NCBI GenBank assembly: GCA_002282015.1
Contig: NCIJ01000005.1
Location: forward strand, 598-64,597
DNA: 64,000 nucleotides
Source: Sulfuricurvum sp. 17-40-25
GTDB lineage: Bacteria > Campylobacterota > Campylobacteria > Campylobacterales > Sulfurimonadaceae
Direction of reading: 5' to 3'
In this document: in pieces, positions 45,807-55,727 of the stretch
How the letters are laid out: the number at the start of each line of letters is the position of its first letter
How positions within the stretch are numbered: the stretch's first letter is position 1
Program-made: the position numbers and the translations under genes
The notes under the pieces: model-generated
The model's database searches: none
What the model was told of the DNA's origin: nothing
What the model saw: only the letters and a program-made list of their open reading frames with translations

Positions 45807-46579
45807 CCTACTACAACGCCTTTGCAAAAGTCAATATTTTTCTCAAAATAACGGGAAAAAGAGGAGATTATCACACTATAACCTCTCGCTTTATGCGTGT
45901 GAATACTCTCTATGACACCCTATGGTTTGAGGAAAAAGAAGCTGGGGATTTTGAGCTTAGAGGGGATTTTACGTGTCCAATAAACGACAATACCATTTAT
46001 AAAGCATACAAAGCATTACTCCAAACCACACAAAGTAAAGAACTGCTTACATGGATGCAGACACATGCCCTATGTGTGGAAAAAAGAATCCCTTCATTTG
46101 CAGGTCTTGGTGGTGGAAGCTCCGATGCCGCTACATTTTTAAATATGTGTAATGACATCCTAGCCCTTGGGCTCACGCATGATGAACTTGCACGTATCGG
46201 AGCAACAGTAGGTGCAGATGTCCCCTTTTTCATCTATGGATACGAAAGTGCCAACGTAAGTGGTATCGGTGAAATCGTCCAACCCTTTCATGAGCCATTA
46301 CTGGAGTTTGAGATCAATACTCCAAGTATTCAGATAAGCACCCCTACAGTATATAGCTATTATCGTCAGCACCTCTACTCCCCCATTAGCGCCCAAGAAG
46401 CGATACTCTTGGAAGCAACCCCATCACGCGATATTCTCGCACGCATGGACCCAAAAGAAGCAAATGATCTGTATCTCTCCGCCCTTGGGTGCTATAGCGA
46501 ACTTAGCGAACAAGATGGATGGTTTTTTTCCGGTAGCGGAAGCAGTTTTTTCAGATTAAAGGAACCTACACATGGGTGA
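45803..46579 (+). CDS. ispE: 4-(cytidine 5'-diphospho)-2-C-methyl-D-erythritol kinase
   Basis: [13 protein letters not shown] and the GHMP motif [15 protein letters not shown]. Confidence 0.88.
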   Translation: MTYYNAFAKVNIFLKITGKRGDYHTITSRFMRVNTLYDTLWFEEKEAGDFELRGDFTCPINDNTIYKAYKALLQTTQSKELLTWMQTHALCVEKRIPSFAGLGGGSSDAATFLNMCNDILALGLTHDELARIGATVGADVPFFIYGYESANVSGIGEIVQPFHEPLLEFEINTPSIQISTPTVYSYYRQHLYSPISAQEAILLEATPSRDILARMDPKEANDLYLSALGCYSELSEQDGWFFSGSGSSFFRLKEPTHG

Positions 46580-47024
46580 AAACATAGCCACCAATAAAAA
46601 AGCATTTTTTGACTTTCACATTGAAGAGAAGTTTGAAGCAGGCGTGGTCTTACACGGAAGCGAAGTTAAAGCCCTACGAGCAGGACGTGTCAATCTCAAA
46701 GACGGGTTTATCAAAATCGTACGCGGTGAAGCCATACTGTTTAATGTCCATATTGGGATTTTAAATACAACGCATCATTATTACGGTCATGAAGAGCGCG
46801 GAAGCCGTAAATTACTTTTGCATAAAAAGCAAATTGAGAAGATGTTTAAAGCAGTCGAAAAAGAAGGCTTTACTCTTGTACCTCTGAGTATCTATTTCAA
46901 CGATCGCAATCTTGCAAAACTTCAAGTTGCCATCGCCAAAGGTAAAAAGCTTTACGATAAGCGGGAAGATTTAAAAGAAAAAAGTCTAAAAAGAGATATG
47001 GAACGCGCACTTAAAGGAGACTAG
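46572..47024 (+). CDS. smpB: SsrA-binding protein
   Basis: [29 protein letters not shown] and [10 protein letters not shown]. Confidence 0.93.
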   Translation: MGENIATNKKAFFDFHIEEKFEAGVVLHGSEVKALRAGRVNLKDGFIKIVRGEAILFNVHIGILNTTHHYYGHEERGSRKLLLHKKQIEKMFKAVEKEGFTLVPLSIYFNDRNLAKLQVAIAKGKKLYDKREDLKEKSLKRDMERALKGD

Positions 47025-47026
47025 CT

Positions 47027-47800
47027 ATGATCACATTACACGATCTTCACCAAGAAGATCTTCAAGACCCTCTTCATCCTTCAACGTTCGAAGAATATCA
47101 CGATTATCAAATCCTCGTTCTTCGCTTACCCGAACATATTGGCAATAAAGCTAAATTTCACTCTTATGGATTCGTTTTACACCAGCAAAAAGTCTACTAT
47201 TATGATCAAAATGCCAAAAATTTACTTTAACTGACGGATGATTTAGATGGTCTTTACCATTTTTTAGATACAAAAATCGACACACTTATGAATGAAATTG
47301 ATAAGATGCAAGAAAAAATAGTCACCTTGGAAACAAAGTTATACCGTCAACTTGGATCGCGTTTTATGGAGCACTGGCATGCCTTTAAAGAAGAGCTTTC
47401 ACATTCAGAACGGATCATTCTAAAAGCGGTAGATGTCTTGGGCATGTTTATCACAAAATCAAAATCAAATACTAATTTCCCTCTCAATGAGTTCAATGAC
47501 CTCCACGAACATTTGGAGCGTACCTTGCGTACCAATGTGAGTGCCAACGATCAGCTTAATAACTTATACAACTACTACACACTTCGTTCAAACGATCGGA
47601 TGAATCGCAGTATCTATATACTCACAATCGTTTCTATTGTATTTTTACCTCTAAACCTCGTCGTCGGATTTTTTGGGATGAACACAGGAGGGCTTCCGTT
47701 TCAAGACAGTACAATGGGGACAACCTATGCGTTTATAAGCATGATTTTATTTACAGCAATATTGGCAATAGCAGTATTTTTAAAGATAGAAAGACCGTAG
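47027..47800 (+). pseudogene. CorA-family divalent cation transporter-like gene interrupted by one in-frame TAA
   Basis: ORFs 47027..47230 and 47288..47800 share a frame. The only stop between them is the TAA at 47228-47230 (..NAKNLL*LTDDLDGLYHFLDTKIDTLMNEID..). The C-terminus has the TM pair with FFGMNTGGLPF (GMN motif). Confidence 0.7.
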
Positions 47801-47859
47801 TTAGTGATTTAGACGAAAGAAGGAAGAAGCTTTGCCACTCAAAAGAGTGACAATGGGGA

Positions 47860-48222
47860 TTATTTAGGGCGACGAATTTCTTTGATACGAGCTTTCTTAC
47901 CAGCAAGATCACGAAGATAGAACAATTTAGCACGACGAACGCGACCACGACGTAATACTTCGATTTTCTCTAAGCTGTCGCTGTAGATTGGGAATACACG
48001 CTCGATACCGATAGCATTAGCTCCGATTTTACGAACCGTGATAGTACGGCCTGTGCCTTCTCCACGAATAGAGATACAAACACCTTCATAAACCTGAGTA
48101 CGTGATTTCTCACCCTCTTTAATGATTACAGAAAGACGTACAGTATCACCTGCGCGAAACTGTGGAACGTTTTTACCTTCCATTTGTGCTTGCTCAAAGC
48201 CAGCGATGTATTTATTTTTCAT
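47860..48222 (-). CDS. rplS: 50S ribosomal protein L19
   Basis: [24 protein letters not shown]; 120 aa. Lies in the rpsP-rimM-trmD-rplS operon. Confidence 0.96.
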   Translation of the reverse strand: MKNKYIAGFEQAQMEGKNVPQFRAGDTVRLSVIIKEGEKSRTQVYEGVCISIRGEGTGRTITVRKIGANAIGIERVFPIYSDSLEKIEVLRRGRVRRAKLFYLRDLAGKKARIKEIRRPK

Positions 48223-48910
48223 AAGACGTCCTTATTTTATGCTTCAGTAGCTGTTCAGGTCTGAAATATTTTGTTTTGCATTCAGACATAGCTAATTTTA
48301 GTGCTTGAATTTTACTGTGATTTCCCTTTAAGTATTCTGATGGAACACCCAAATTGTTATATATTGGCGGTTTTCCAAAAGAAGGTGCTTCTAAAAGTGG
48401 CGTTTCAAAACTTTCAGTTTCCAACGATTCACTGTTTCCTAGAACACCCTCTATATTTCGGACAATCGCATCGGTCATTACAAGCGATGGAAGCTCACCG
48501 CCAGTGAGGACATAATCCCCAATGCTAAAGACTTCATCGGCAAAGGTTTCGATGACTCTCTCATCAATACCTTCATACCGACCGCTTACAAATACGATAT
48601 GCGATTTGTTGGCTAAACGTTTTGCATCATTTTGTGTAAACTGCTTGCCAACTGGTGCTGCAAAGATGATATAGGCCTCATCATCCAATGTCGACAGTGC
48701 ATCAAACAAAGGTTGTGGCGTCATGACCATCCCTGCTCCGCCTCCAACACACGTATCATCTACCTTAGCGTGCTTGGATGCGCTGTAATCCCTCGGATTC
48801 AAAAATGAGATATGAAACTTATTCGATTCAATCGCCCGTTTTAGAATAGAGTCTTGGAAATACCCTTCAATCAAGTTTGAAAAAAGAGTGACATACGTAA
48901 AATGCATCAC
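48212..48910 (-). CDS. trmD: tRNA (guanine37-N1)-methyltransferase
   Basis: [28 protein letters not shown]. Confidence 0.94.
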   Translation of the reverse strand: MMHFTYVTLFSNLIEGYFQDSILKRAIESNKFHISFLNPRDYSASKHAKVDDTCVGGGAGMVMTPQPLFDALSTLDDEAYIIFAAPVGKQFTQNDAKRLANKSHIVFVSGRYEGIDERVIETFADEVFSIGDYVLTGGELPSLVMTDAIVRNIEGVLGNSESLETESFETPLLEAPSFGKPPIYNNLGVPSEYLKGNHSKIQALKLAMSECKTKYFRPEQLLKHKIRTSYEK

Positions 48911-49461
48911 GATGCTTCCAATAAATCCAAACCGCCCTCGACCATGATTTTTTTACCCTCTAAATCTGCTTTGAGCACAAAACGATCAATATAAGGGATT
49001 AAAAATGTTTCAGGAAGTCCTTTGGTCACTAATGCGCCATCTGTCTTGACCGACAAATAATCCTGTGGACCGATACGTTCAATCTCATCCAATGTCCCTA
49101 ATAGTACATTGCCTTCATAGATCGATAATCCAATAAGGTCAAACCAAAAATATTCACCCTCTTTGAGCTTACATCTCTGGCGAGTTTCCTCGTACGTGGT
49201 GTACAGCTTTGCATTGGTCAATGTTTTGGCAGCTTCTGGAGTATCGTAACCGACAATATGCACAAGCTCACGATCAGGATTGTAACTACCAAGAGTGATT
49301 ACAGAGCCATTATCGAGCGTAAACGTTGCATTTTTTTTAAATTGTTCGGGGAAATCTGTGAAGAGATTCAATTTCATGTCGCCTTTCAAGGCCACTGTAC
49401 GACCAATCGTGGCGACATGAAGAAGGGTAGAATCAGGTGAATTACGAAATCGGTTCGACAT
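48907..49461 (-). CDS. rimM: 16S rRNA processing protein RimM
   Basis: VATIGRTVALKGDMKL, FWFDLIGLSIY (PRC barrel), and operon context. The start is uncertain (49461 or 49482). Confidence 0.8.
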   Translation of the reverse strand: MSNRFRNSPDSTLLHVATIGRTVALKGDMKLNLFTDFPEQFKKNATFTLDNGSVITLGSYNPDRELVHIVGYDTPEAAKTLTNAKLYTTYEETRQRCKLKEGEYFWFDLIGLSIYEGNVLLGTLDEIERIGPQDYLSVKTDGALVTKGLPETFLIPYIDRFVLKADLEGKKIMVEGGLDLLEAS

Positions 49462-49681
49462 TGATACGGTAACTCTTACCATCTTTGGCTTTACAGCCTG
49501 AAATAACGGTTTTAATCGCACCGATCATTTTGCCCTCTTTGCCGATAAGCTTGCCTACATCCGCTTGATTAGCGTGCAGTACAATCTCGGTGACTTCATC
49601 GCCCTCATGCGTATCTACCCTGATCTCTTCAGGATAAGACGCGATTAATCGCGCGAATCCGGCGACGAAGTCGGCTACCAT
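49442..49681 (-). CDS. KH-domain RNA-binding protein (YlqC/UPF0109 family)
   Basis: GKLIGKEGKMIGAIKTVI (GxxG KH motif); 79 aa. Lies between rpsP and rimM. Confidence 0.85.
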   Translation of the reverse strand: MVADFVAGFARLIASYPEEIRVDTHEGDEVTEIVLHANQADVGKLIGKEGKMIGAIKTVISGCKAKDGKSYRINVEPIS

Positions 49682-49683
49682 GA

Positions 49684-49914
49684 TTATTTACCTGTGATTT
49701 TTTTAACGCGATCAGATAACTGAGCACCAACGCTCATCCAATACGCAAGACGCTCTTCATCAACTTTAACCGTTGAAGGCTCTGTCATTGGGTTATAATA
49801 ACCGATCAATTCAATCCAACCACCATCACGACGCTTACGGCTGTCTGTTACAGCGATACGGTAGAAAGGTTGTTTTTTACGTCCCATACGGGTTAAGCGA
49901 ATGACTGTTGCCAT
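49684..49914 (-). CDS. rpsP: 30S ribosomal protein S16
   Basis: [31 protein letters not shown]. Confidence 0.96.
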   Translation of the reverse strand: MATVIRLTRMGRKKQPFYRIAVTDSRKRRDGGWIELIGYYNPMTEPSTVKVDEERLAYWMSVGAQLSDRVKKITGK

Positions 49915-50054
49915 GTTATATCCTTTTGTAATTATAGTGTCGCGCTCAGTAACTTAGAAGAGTGTTTTACCCACAAAAGTAAAAAAAAACCTCTAAATCG
50001 CTGGAACGCTAAGTCAGAGATTTTAACTAAAATCCCCTGCTTAACGCTCTAGGT

Positions 50055-51401
50055 TTATCGTGGGATTTTAGCCCCTTGCATCTGACCCATCATGTTTTGT
50101 AGGTCTTGCATCCCTTTTTTACCTGAAAAGCGTTTTGCCATTTTAGAAGCATTTTTAAACTGCTTCAAAATACGGTTAACATCAACCACGGTCAATCCAC
50201 ACCCTTTTGAGATACGGGCTTTGCGTGTATTGTTGAGCAACTCTGGGTCTTCACGCTCTTTCATCGTCATAGAAGATACAAGCGCTTTGATCTTTTTCAA
50301 CTCGCCTGAGTTTTCCATGTCAAAATCTTTGAGCGCAGATGCCATACCGCTCATGCCGGGGATCATACCCATGATGGATTTCATGCTTCCCATTTTCTTG
50401 AGGCTTTCCATCTGCTCTAAAAAGTCGTTAAAATTAAACTCGCCTTTTTTGATCTTACGGTTAAGCTCTTTTGCTTTTTTCTCATCAATGATCGAAGAAG
50501 TACGCTCAGCAAGACCTTCGATATCCCCAAGACCCATCAAACGGTTGACGATACGATCCGGCAAGAAGATCTCAAGATCTTCCATCTTTTCACCCGCACC
50601 AATAAAGCGCAACGGAACTTGAATCTGAGAAGCGATCCCTAAAGCAACACCACCCTTGGAATCTCCATCATACTTCGTTAGGATAACCCCGTCGATACCG
50701 ATCTTTTCATTAAAGCTCTCTGCTGTTCGAACCGCATCTTGTCCACTCATGGAGTCCGCTACATAGAAAATCTCATGCGGCTTTGCCGCCGCTTTGACTT
50801 CGGCCAATTCACCCATGAGCGCATCATCGATAGCCAATCGTCCTGCCGTATCGATTAGTACCACATCGACCAATGATTTTTTAGCGTGTTCCAATGCCCC
50901 TTTGACAACGTCAACAGGATTTTTACTGACCTCATCTGCATACAGTTCAACTTCAATCGAAGCACACACTTGTCGAAGCTGTTCAACCGCAGCAAGACGC
51001 TGTAAGTCAGCCGCAACGACCAAAACACGTTTTTTCTGACGTACTTTTAAATAGTTAGCCAGCTTACCCGTGGTAGTCGTTTTTCCTGAACCTTGTAATC
51101 CGGTCATCAAAATAACCGTAGGAGAGACAGGTGCATAGACAAAACCAGCATTTCCTTTGACCTTTAGAAGGTCATACAATGAACTGCGAAGAGCGTCTAG
51201 AAACTGATCTTTGCCAATAGCCGATAGCTTGGTCTTAGCCTCAACAGAATCAATCAAATCTTTGACCACTTTGTGGTGTACATCAGCTTTTAAGAGTGCT
51301 TTTTTAAGCTCACCCAATGCTTTGGTAAGTGCTTTTTCATCGTCATGAAAACGAATTTTGCGTACTGCTGATGTAAATGATTCTGTTAGTGTTTCAAACA
51401 C
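50055..51401 (-). CDS. ffh: Signal recognition particle protein Ffh
   Basis: GLQGSGKTTTTGKLA, DTAGRL, TKYDGDSKGG, and a Met-rich M domain. Confidence 0.96.
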   Translation of the reverse strand: MFETLTESFTSAVRKIRFHDDEKALTKALGELKKALLKADVHHKVVKDLIDSVEAKTKLSAIGKDQFLDALRSSLYDLLKVKGNAGFVYAPVSPTVILMTGLQGSGKTTTTGKLANYLKVRQKKRVLVVAADLQRLAAVEQLRQVCASIEVELYADEVSKNPVDVVKGALEHAKKSLVDVVLIDTAGRLAIDDALMGELAEVKAAAKPHEIFYVADSMSGQDAVRTAESFNEKIGIDGVILTKYDGDSKGGVALGIASQIQVPLRFIGAGEKMEDLEIFLPDRIVNRLMGLGDIEGLAERTSSIIDEKKAKELNRKIKKGEFNFNDFLEQMESLKKMGSMKSIMGMIPGMSGMASALKDFDMENSGELKKIKALVSSMTMKEREDPELLNNTRKARISKGCGLTVVDVNRILKQFKNASKMAKRFSGKKGMQDLQNMMGQMQGAKIPR

Positions 51402-51476
51402 TTATACTCCTAAATCGCGTCTATAAAGGGCCTAGTTAAAGTTTCGCATTATAGCAAATTGTTACTTTGTCGTCAA

Positions 51477-52211
51477 TTAATTACCGAAGTGATCAAATAC
51501 CTTCGGCTCTTGTGCTTCAAACGTTCGTCCCATCAAAATAACCTTACGAGCATGCAACATCACACGCTTTGACTGACGTCCGCCGTAACTCTCATCGCCT
51601 ACAATCGGAAACTGTGCGTATTTGAGATGTGCCCGTATTTGATGGGTGCGTCCATGATGGATGATGAGCTGTACTTTGGTCTTTTTACCCGATACAATCA
51701 ACGGGGTTACTTCCGTAATCGCAGGTTTCCCTTTTTTGGCGACCTTGGTGTAGGCCTTGTTACCTACTTTTTCAGTGATAAGCGGCTGATCGATTATAAA
51801 CGGTTCACTCACAATCCCATCTACCCATGCCACGTACTCTTTATAGACTTCGTCTTTTTTAAAGGCAGAAATCGCTTTGAGGCGGAACTCTTCATTTTTA
51901 ACCAACATCAGTACACCGCTGGTCTCACGGTCAAGACGATGCAATAACTGCGAACCTTTGAACTGTCGCTCTATCTCATCTGAGTTAACAAATGCCGGTT
52001 TATCGACAACGATCAAGTCATCATTTTCAAAAATAGGACGAACTTTTTCGACCTTTTGGACAATGAAAGAAGTCTTCGGGCTGATCTCACCCCGAGCAAT
52101 CATCACTTTTGAGTTCCCCACATAAACCAATCCGCGGTCGATCAATGACTTTGCTTCGGAATTGGAGATTCCCTCTTGTGCTGATAATAATTTGTACGCT
52201 TTTTCTTTCAT
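51477..52211 (-). CDS. RluA-family pseudouridine synthase with an S4-like N-terminus
   Basis: HRLDRETSGVLMLVK (catalytic Asp) and HGRTHQIRAHL. Confidence 0.85.
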   Translation of the reverse strand: MKEKAYKLLSAQEGISNSEAKSLIDRGLVYVGNSKVMIARGEISPKTSFIVQKVEKVRPIFENDDLIVVDKPAFVNSDEIERQFKGSQLLHRLDRETSGVLMLVKNEEFRLKAISAFKKDEVYKEYVAWVDGIVSEPFIIDQPLITEKVGNKAYTKVAKKGKPAITEVTPLIVSGKKTKVQLIIHHGRTHQIRAHLKYAQFPIVGDESYGGRQSKRVMLHARKVILMGRTFEAQEPKVFDHFGN

Positions 52212-52341
52212 TCTACTGTCCTCAGGTTGATTTTCAATCCGTTAATATTTGGAATTATAGCAGGTTCGTACTTCAGGTAAGATAGTTTTGTAGTTAATAA
52301 AATAAGAAGATGTAATTATAAAATTAATAAAGAGTAAATAT

Positions 52342-53508
52342 TTATAGCTGACTCTGCACTTTTAAATAATCAATGATAATATCCAAGTCAATCGTTTCAT
52401 CAACATGTGAAGGTGGAAGTGTTTGCGCGTCTACTAGGGCTTGTGCAATGCCCTGCGGTGTCACAAACTGTACATGATGGACATATTTCAAGAGTTCCCG
52501 CTGTGAGAAGATATGTTCACCCGTAATGATCTTACATCCAAAATAAGCTGGTTCCAGAGGATTGTGCCCGCCTATAGGTGCAAATGCTCCTCCTAGAATC
52601 GCGATGTCACTGATCGCATAGAGATTGTTGAGCTCTCCCATCGCATTGACAAGAATAATATCGCTTTGTAACTCTTTGGAATCACTCCAACGAACAGTGC
52701 TGAGATGCGGTGCTGTTTTTTGAATAATCGCAAATACTTTTTCAAAACGTTCCGGATGACGTGGGACAACCAACAGTTTTGCATCTGTATTAGCTTCTTT
52801 ATAGGTCAAAAAGGCCTTGATAATAGCCTCTTCCTCTCCCTCATGGGTACTTGCGGCTACAATGAGCGTGCATGGAGGTTTTGGGTACTCTTTGGTTGCA
52901 ATGATCTTTTGTGCGAGTTTGATATTACCCAGCACTTCTACATTCGTAGCACCCAATGCGATAAAGCGAACCATATCCTCTGTGCTTTGGCAAAAGATAC
53001 GATCGCACTGTGCCAGTAATCGTTTGTAAAACCATCGCATCTTATAATATTTTGGAAAACTTCGCTCACTGATACGTGCGTTTAGAGCAATCACTTTTGC
53101 CCCGCGCGCATTGGCAATGCGAAACAATAAATACCAAAACTCTGCTTCCAGTACCACCACCATTTTGGGAGTACGTATCCATAACCACAACCAAAGTTCA
53201 TAGGGTAAGTAGCGTACTTGTGCCGGGTATTTAGAGGCTACTTCATAGCCTGTGTGGGTGATGGTCGTGATCGCTATTTTAAACTCACCTAAACGTTCGA
53301 TCAAAGGAGCAATGGCTTTTGCTTCACCCAAAGAACAGACATGAAACCAGATGTCATGAGAAGCAAAGGGAGGATTTTTCCATACAAAAAAGCGTGCTGG
53401 AATCGAATGACGGTATTTTTTCTTAAAAGAGAGAAGGATTAAAAAAGGGAGAGCCGCAAGAAAAAGAACTGCGGCTAAAAAGGTATAGAAAAGGTCAAAT
53501 ACCTTCAC
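52342..53508 (-). CDS. waaA: 3-deoxy-D-manno-octulosonic acid (Kdo) transferase
   Basis: IWFHVCSLGEAKA, VPRHPERF, GGSF-type block GGAFAPIGGHNPLEP; 388 aa. Confidence 0.88.
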   Translation of the reverse strand: MKVFDLFYTFLAAVLFLAALPFLILLSFKKKYRHSIPARFFVWKNPPFASHDIWFHVCSLGEAKAIAPLIERLGEFKIAITTITHTGYEVASKYPAQVRYLPYELWLWLWIRTPKMVVVLEAEFWYLLFRIANARGAKVIALNARISERSFPKYYKMRWFYKRLLAQCDRIFCQSTEDMVRFIALGATNVEVLGNIKLAQKIIATKEYPKPPCTLIVAASTHEGEEEAIIKAFLTYKEANTDAKLLVVPRHPERFEKVFAIIQKTAPHLSTVRWSDSKELQSDIILVNAMGELNNLYAISDIAILGGAFAPIGGHNPLEPAYFGCKIITGEHIFSQRELLKYVHHVQFVTPQGIAQALVDAQTLPPSHVDETIDLDIIIDYLKVQSQL

Positions 53509-53516
53509 GAAGGGAT

Positions 53517-54242
53517 TTACGCCCCAATCTCTTCAGTATTAGGCTCAAGATACAACAAGCGTCCGCAATGTGGACAGGTAGTGATCTCTTCACCTTTGAT
53601 GACTTCTGAATAGACTTTATCGCTAAGTGCCATGTAACAGCCCATACATGCTTGGTTACGAACAGGAACTGCTGTCGTATTTTTAGCCCAGCGACGGATC
53701 TTTTGGTAAAAAGAGAGACCTTTTTGGTTCATTGCTGCAACCAAAATCTCTTTTTTCGCAAAAATTACCTTGCGGTCTGCATCGATTTTTGACAATTTAA
53801 CATCAACGTCTGCTTTTACGCCCGAAATTTTTCCTTCGATTTCTGCTTCTTTTGCAGCAAGCTCATCGATTTTCGTTTGCTTATGCGCAATGAGTTTTTC
53901 CAAACGATCAATCTCTTCATTGGCAAAGTTGACTTGCTCTTTAGCAATTTCTTCTTCAAGCTGAAGTGATTTCATCTCACGTTCGGTTTTGATCTCAGCA
54001 CTTTTCTTGCTGTTTTCTTCCAATTTAGCGGACAATTCTGCAAGGTGAAGCTCATTTTTTTGCTTCTTGATTTGCTCATCTTTGATCTCGCCAGAGAGTG
54101 TTGCGATTTCATTCACAACGGAGTTTTTAGTTGCCAAAAGTGCATCGTACTGGAGGTTTGCCTCTTCGATTTGCGGTTCGAACGCATCGATCTCTTTGTC
54201 TATCAACGAAAGGTCGATAAGCTGTTCTAAATGTTTGTTCAT
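53517..54242 (-). CDS. Coiled-coil/C4 zinc-ribbon protein, H. pylori HP0958-like
   Basis: Long coiled coil plus C-terminal CMGCYM...CPHCGR. Lies between Nif3 and waaA, as in the H. pylori HP0959-HP0958-HP0957 arrangement as I recall it. The ATG at 54242 (MNKHLEQL) is preferred. Confidence 0.7.
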   Translation of the reverse strand: MNKHLEQLIDLSLIDKEIDAFEPQIEEANLQYDALLATKNSVVNEIATLSGEIKDEQIKKQKNELHLAELSAKLEENSKKSAEIKTEREMKSLQLEEEIAKEQVNFANEEIDRLEKLIAHKQTKIDELAAKEAEIEGKISGVKADVDVKLSKIDADRKVIFAKKEILVAAMNQKGLSFYQKIRRWAKNTTAVPVRNQACMGCYMALSDKVYSEVIKGEEITTCPHCGRLLYLEPNTEEIGA

Positions 54243-54270
54243 AAGTTTCCTTTTCGGAGGTCCCAATTAC

Positions 54271-54993
54271 TCAATGATAGGTGAAGGGGTTTTTCGATGG
54301 TGAAATTATAACACTCAATCCTAATTTTTCCAAGTGTGTTGCCAAAACTTCCCCAAAATAATGTTCACTTTCATAATGTCCTATATCCATCATCGATAAT
54401 CCTAGGGTTTTGGCTTCCATTGCATCGTGATATTTTATGTCCCCTGTCAAGAAACAATCGGCTTCGATATTGCGCATCAAAGAGGCTCCAGAACCCGTTA
54501 CCAATGCACAAGAGCGTATATGCTCATGGCATTGAACGGATCGAATCACGCTAAGCCCTAATGCCATTTTAATCTTTTGCGCAAATACTTCAAAAGGCTC
54601 ATCCACTCCTAGATACGCTACAAATCCCTCTTTGGTGATAATATCGTAGCCTAACACATGCGTTGCCACATACTCATTGAGATGCGTTTGATCAAAATTC
54701 GTGTGCATAGCGATGTTCGTAATGTTTTTACGGATCATCGGAGCTATGAGTTTGGCAGGATACTGATTGAATTTCAGCTGCTTAAGCCCTCCAAAAATAA
54801 TAGGATGATGGGTTATTAGAAGTGCATTGTCCGGTATAGACTCGATTAAAGCTTCATCAATATCAATAGAGAGGATGACCGTGCTAATTTCTTGCGTAAA
54901 ATCACCTACTAGAAGTCCTGAATTATCCCAGCTTTCTTGCAGTTCAAAAGGGGAAAGAGCGTCTAAAAATGCGTAAATCTCTCGTACCGTCAT
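54271..54993 (-). CDS. Nif3-like dinuclear metal centre protein
   Basis: WDNSGLLVGD, ALLITHHP, NIAMHTNFD, TGDIKYHD. Confidence 0.88.
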   Translation of the reverse strand: MTVREIYAFLDALSPFELQESWDNSGLLVGDFTQEISTVILSIDIDEALIESIPDNALLITHHPIIFGGLKQLKFNQYPAKLIAPMIRKNITNIAMHTNFDQTHLNEYVATHVLGYDIITKEGFVAYLGVDEPFEVFAQKIKMALGLSVIRSVQCHEHIRSCALVTGSGASLMRNIEADCFLTGDIKYHDAMEAKTLGLSMMDIGHYESEHYFGEVLATHLEKLGLSVIISPSKNPFTYH

Positions 54994-55727
54994 TTTTCAT
55001 AACTCCTTTTTTTACGTTTTAATCGGACATGTATGGATTGTGACCCTGAAAGCGGATCGGAGTATTTGAATTCGAATACTCCAAGACCTTCGATCAAATC
55101 GACGAGTTTTTTATAGCCGTAGCTACGGGGGTCAAATTCGGGAAGTTTGTTGATCAGGTTTTGACCGATGGCTCCCATGTACGACCATCCAGCTTCATTG
55201 GTCGTGTCTTCTACCGCATTTTGTACCAAGGTGAGAAGTGCTTTTTCATCATGCTTGATCTTGGCGGTTGATTCCACTGTAGTATGCGTTCGTCGTAAGT
55301 TTTCGGTATAAATAAACTTATCGCACACACCGATAAAGGATTTAGGTGTTTTTTGTTCCCCGAATCCGTATACTTTTATCCCTGATTCTCGAATACGGCT
55401 GGCCAAACGTGTGAAATCACTGTCGCTGGAAACGATGCAAAAACCATCAAAATTTTTCGTGTACAGTAAATCCATCGCGTCGATGATCATGGCACTGTCG
55501 GTTGCATTTTTTCCCGTAGTGTACGCAAACTGCTGCATGGGGTGTAATCCATGGGTAAGCAGTTCATGTTTCCATCCTTTTAGTTTGGTATCGGTCCAGT
55601 CTCCATAAATACGCTTAACACTTGCGATACCATGTGCGGCGATTTCATCCAGTAATCCTGCGATAATAGAGGGCTGAGAGTTATCGGCATCGATTAATAC
55701 TGCCAGTCTGGCTTGATTTTGGTTCAT
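54990..55727 (-). CDS. NYN-domain (PIN-like RNase) protein with a C-terminal OST-HTH/LOTUS domain
   Basis: LAVLIDADN..KRIYGDW..NATDSAMIIDAMDLLY..FCIVSSDSDFTRLA is the NYN core. GWSYMGAIGQNLINKLPEFDPRSYGYKKLVDLI is the LOTUS part. Confidence 0.8.
   Translation of the reverse strand: MNQNQARLAVLIDADNSQPSIIAGLLDEIAAHGIASVKRIYGDWTDTKLKGWKHELLTHGLHPMQQFAYTTGKNATDSAMIIDAMDLLYTKNFDGFCIVSSDSDFTRLASRIRESGIKVYGFGEQKTPKSFIGVCDKFIYTENLRRTHTTVESTAKIKHDEKALLTLVQNAVEDTTNEAGWSYMGAIGQNLINKLPEFDPRSYGYKKLVDLIEGLGVFEFKYSDPLSGSQSIHVRLKRKKRSYEK

Noticed and set aside
49915-50054. AT-rich hairpin (GATTTTA-nn-TAAAATC) and A9/T9 run between ffh and rpsP as a terminator
   Set aside because: The stem is weak (7 A/T-rich bp) and is not directly followed by the T-run. 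I could not define a convincing intrinsic terminator.
50092-50622. 176-aa ORF antisense to ffh
   Set aside because: It is a shadow frame of a highly conserved gene, with a low-complexity Ser/Phe/Ile-rich translation and no independent support.
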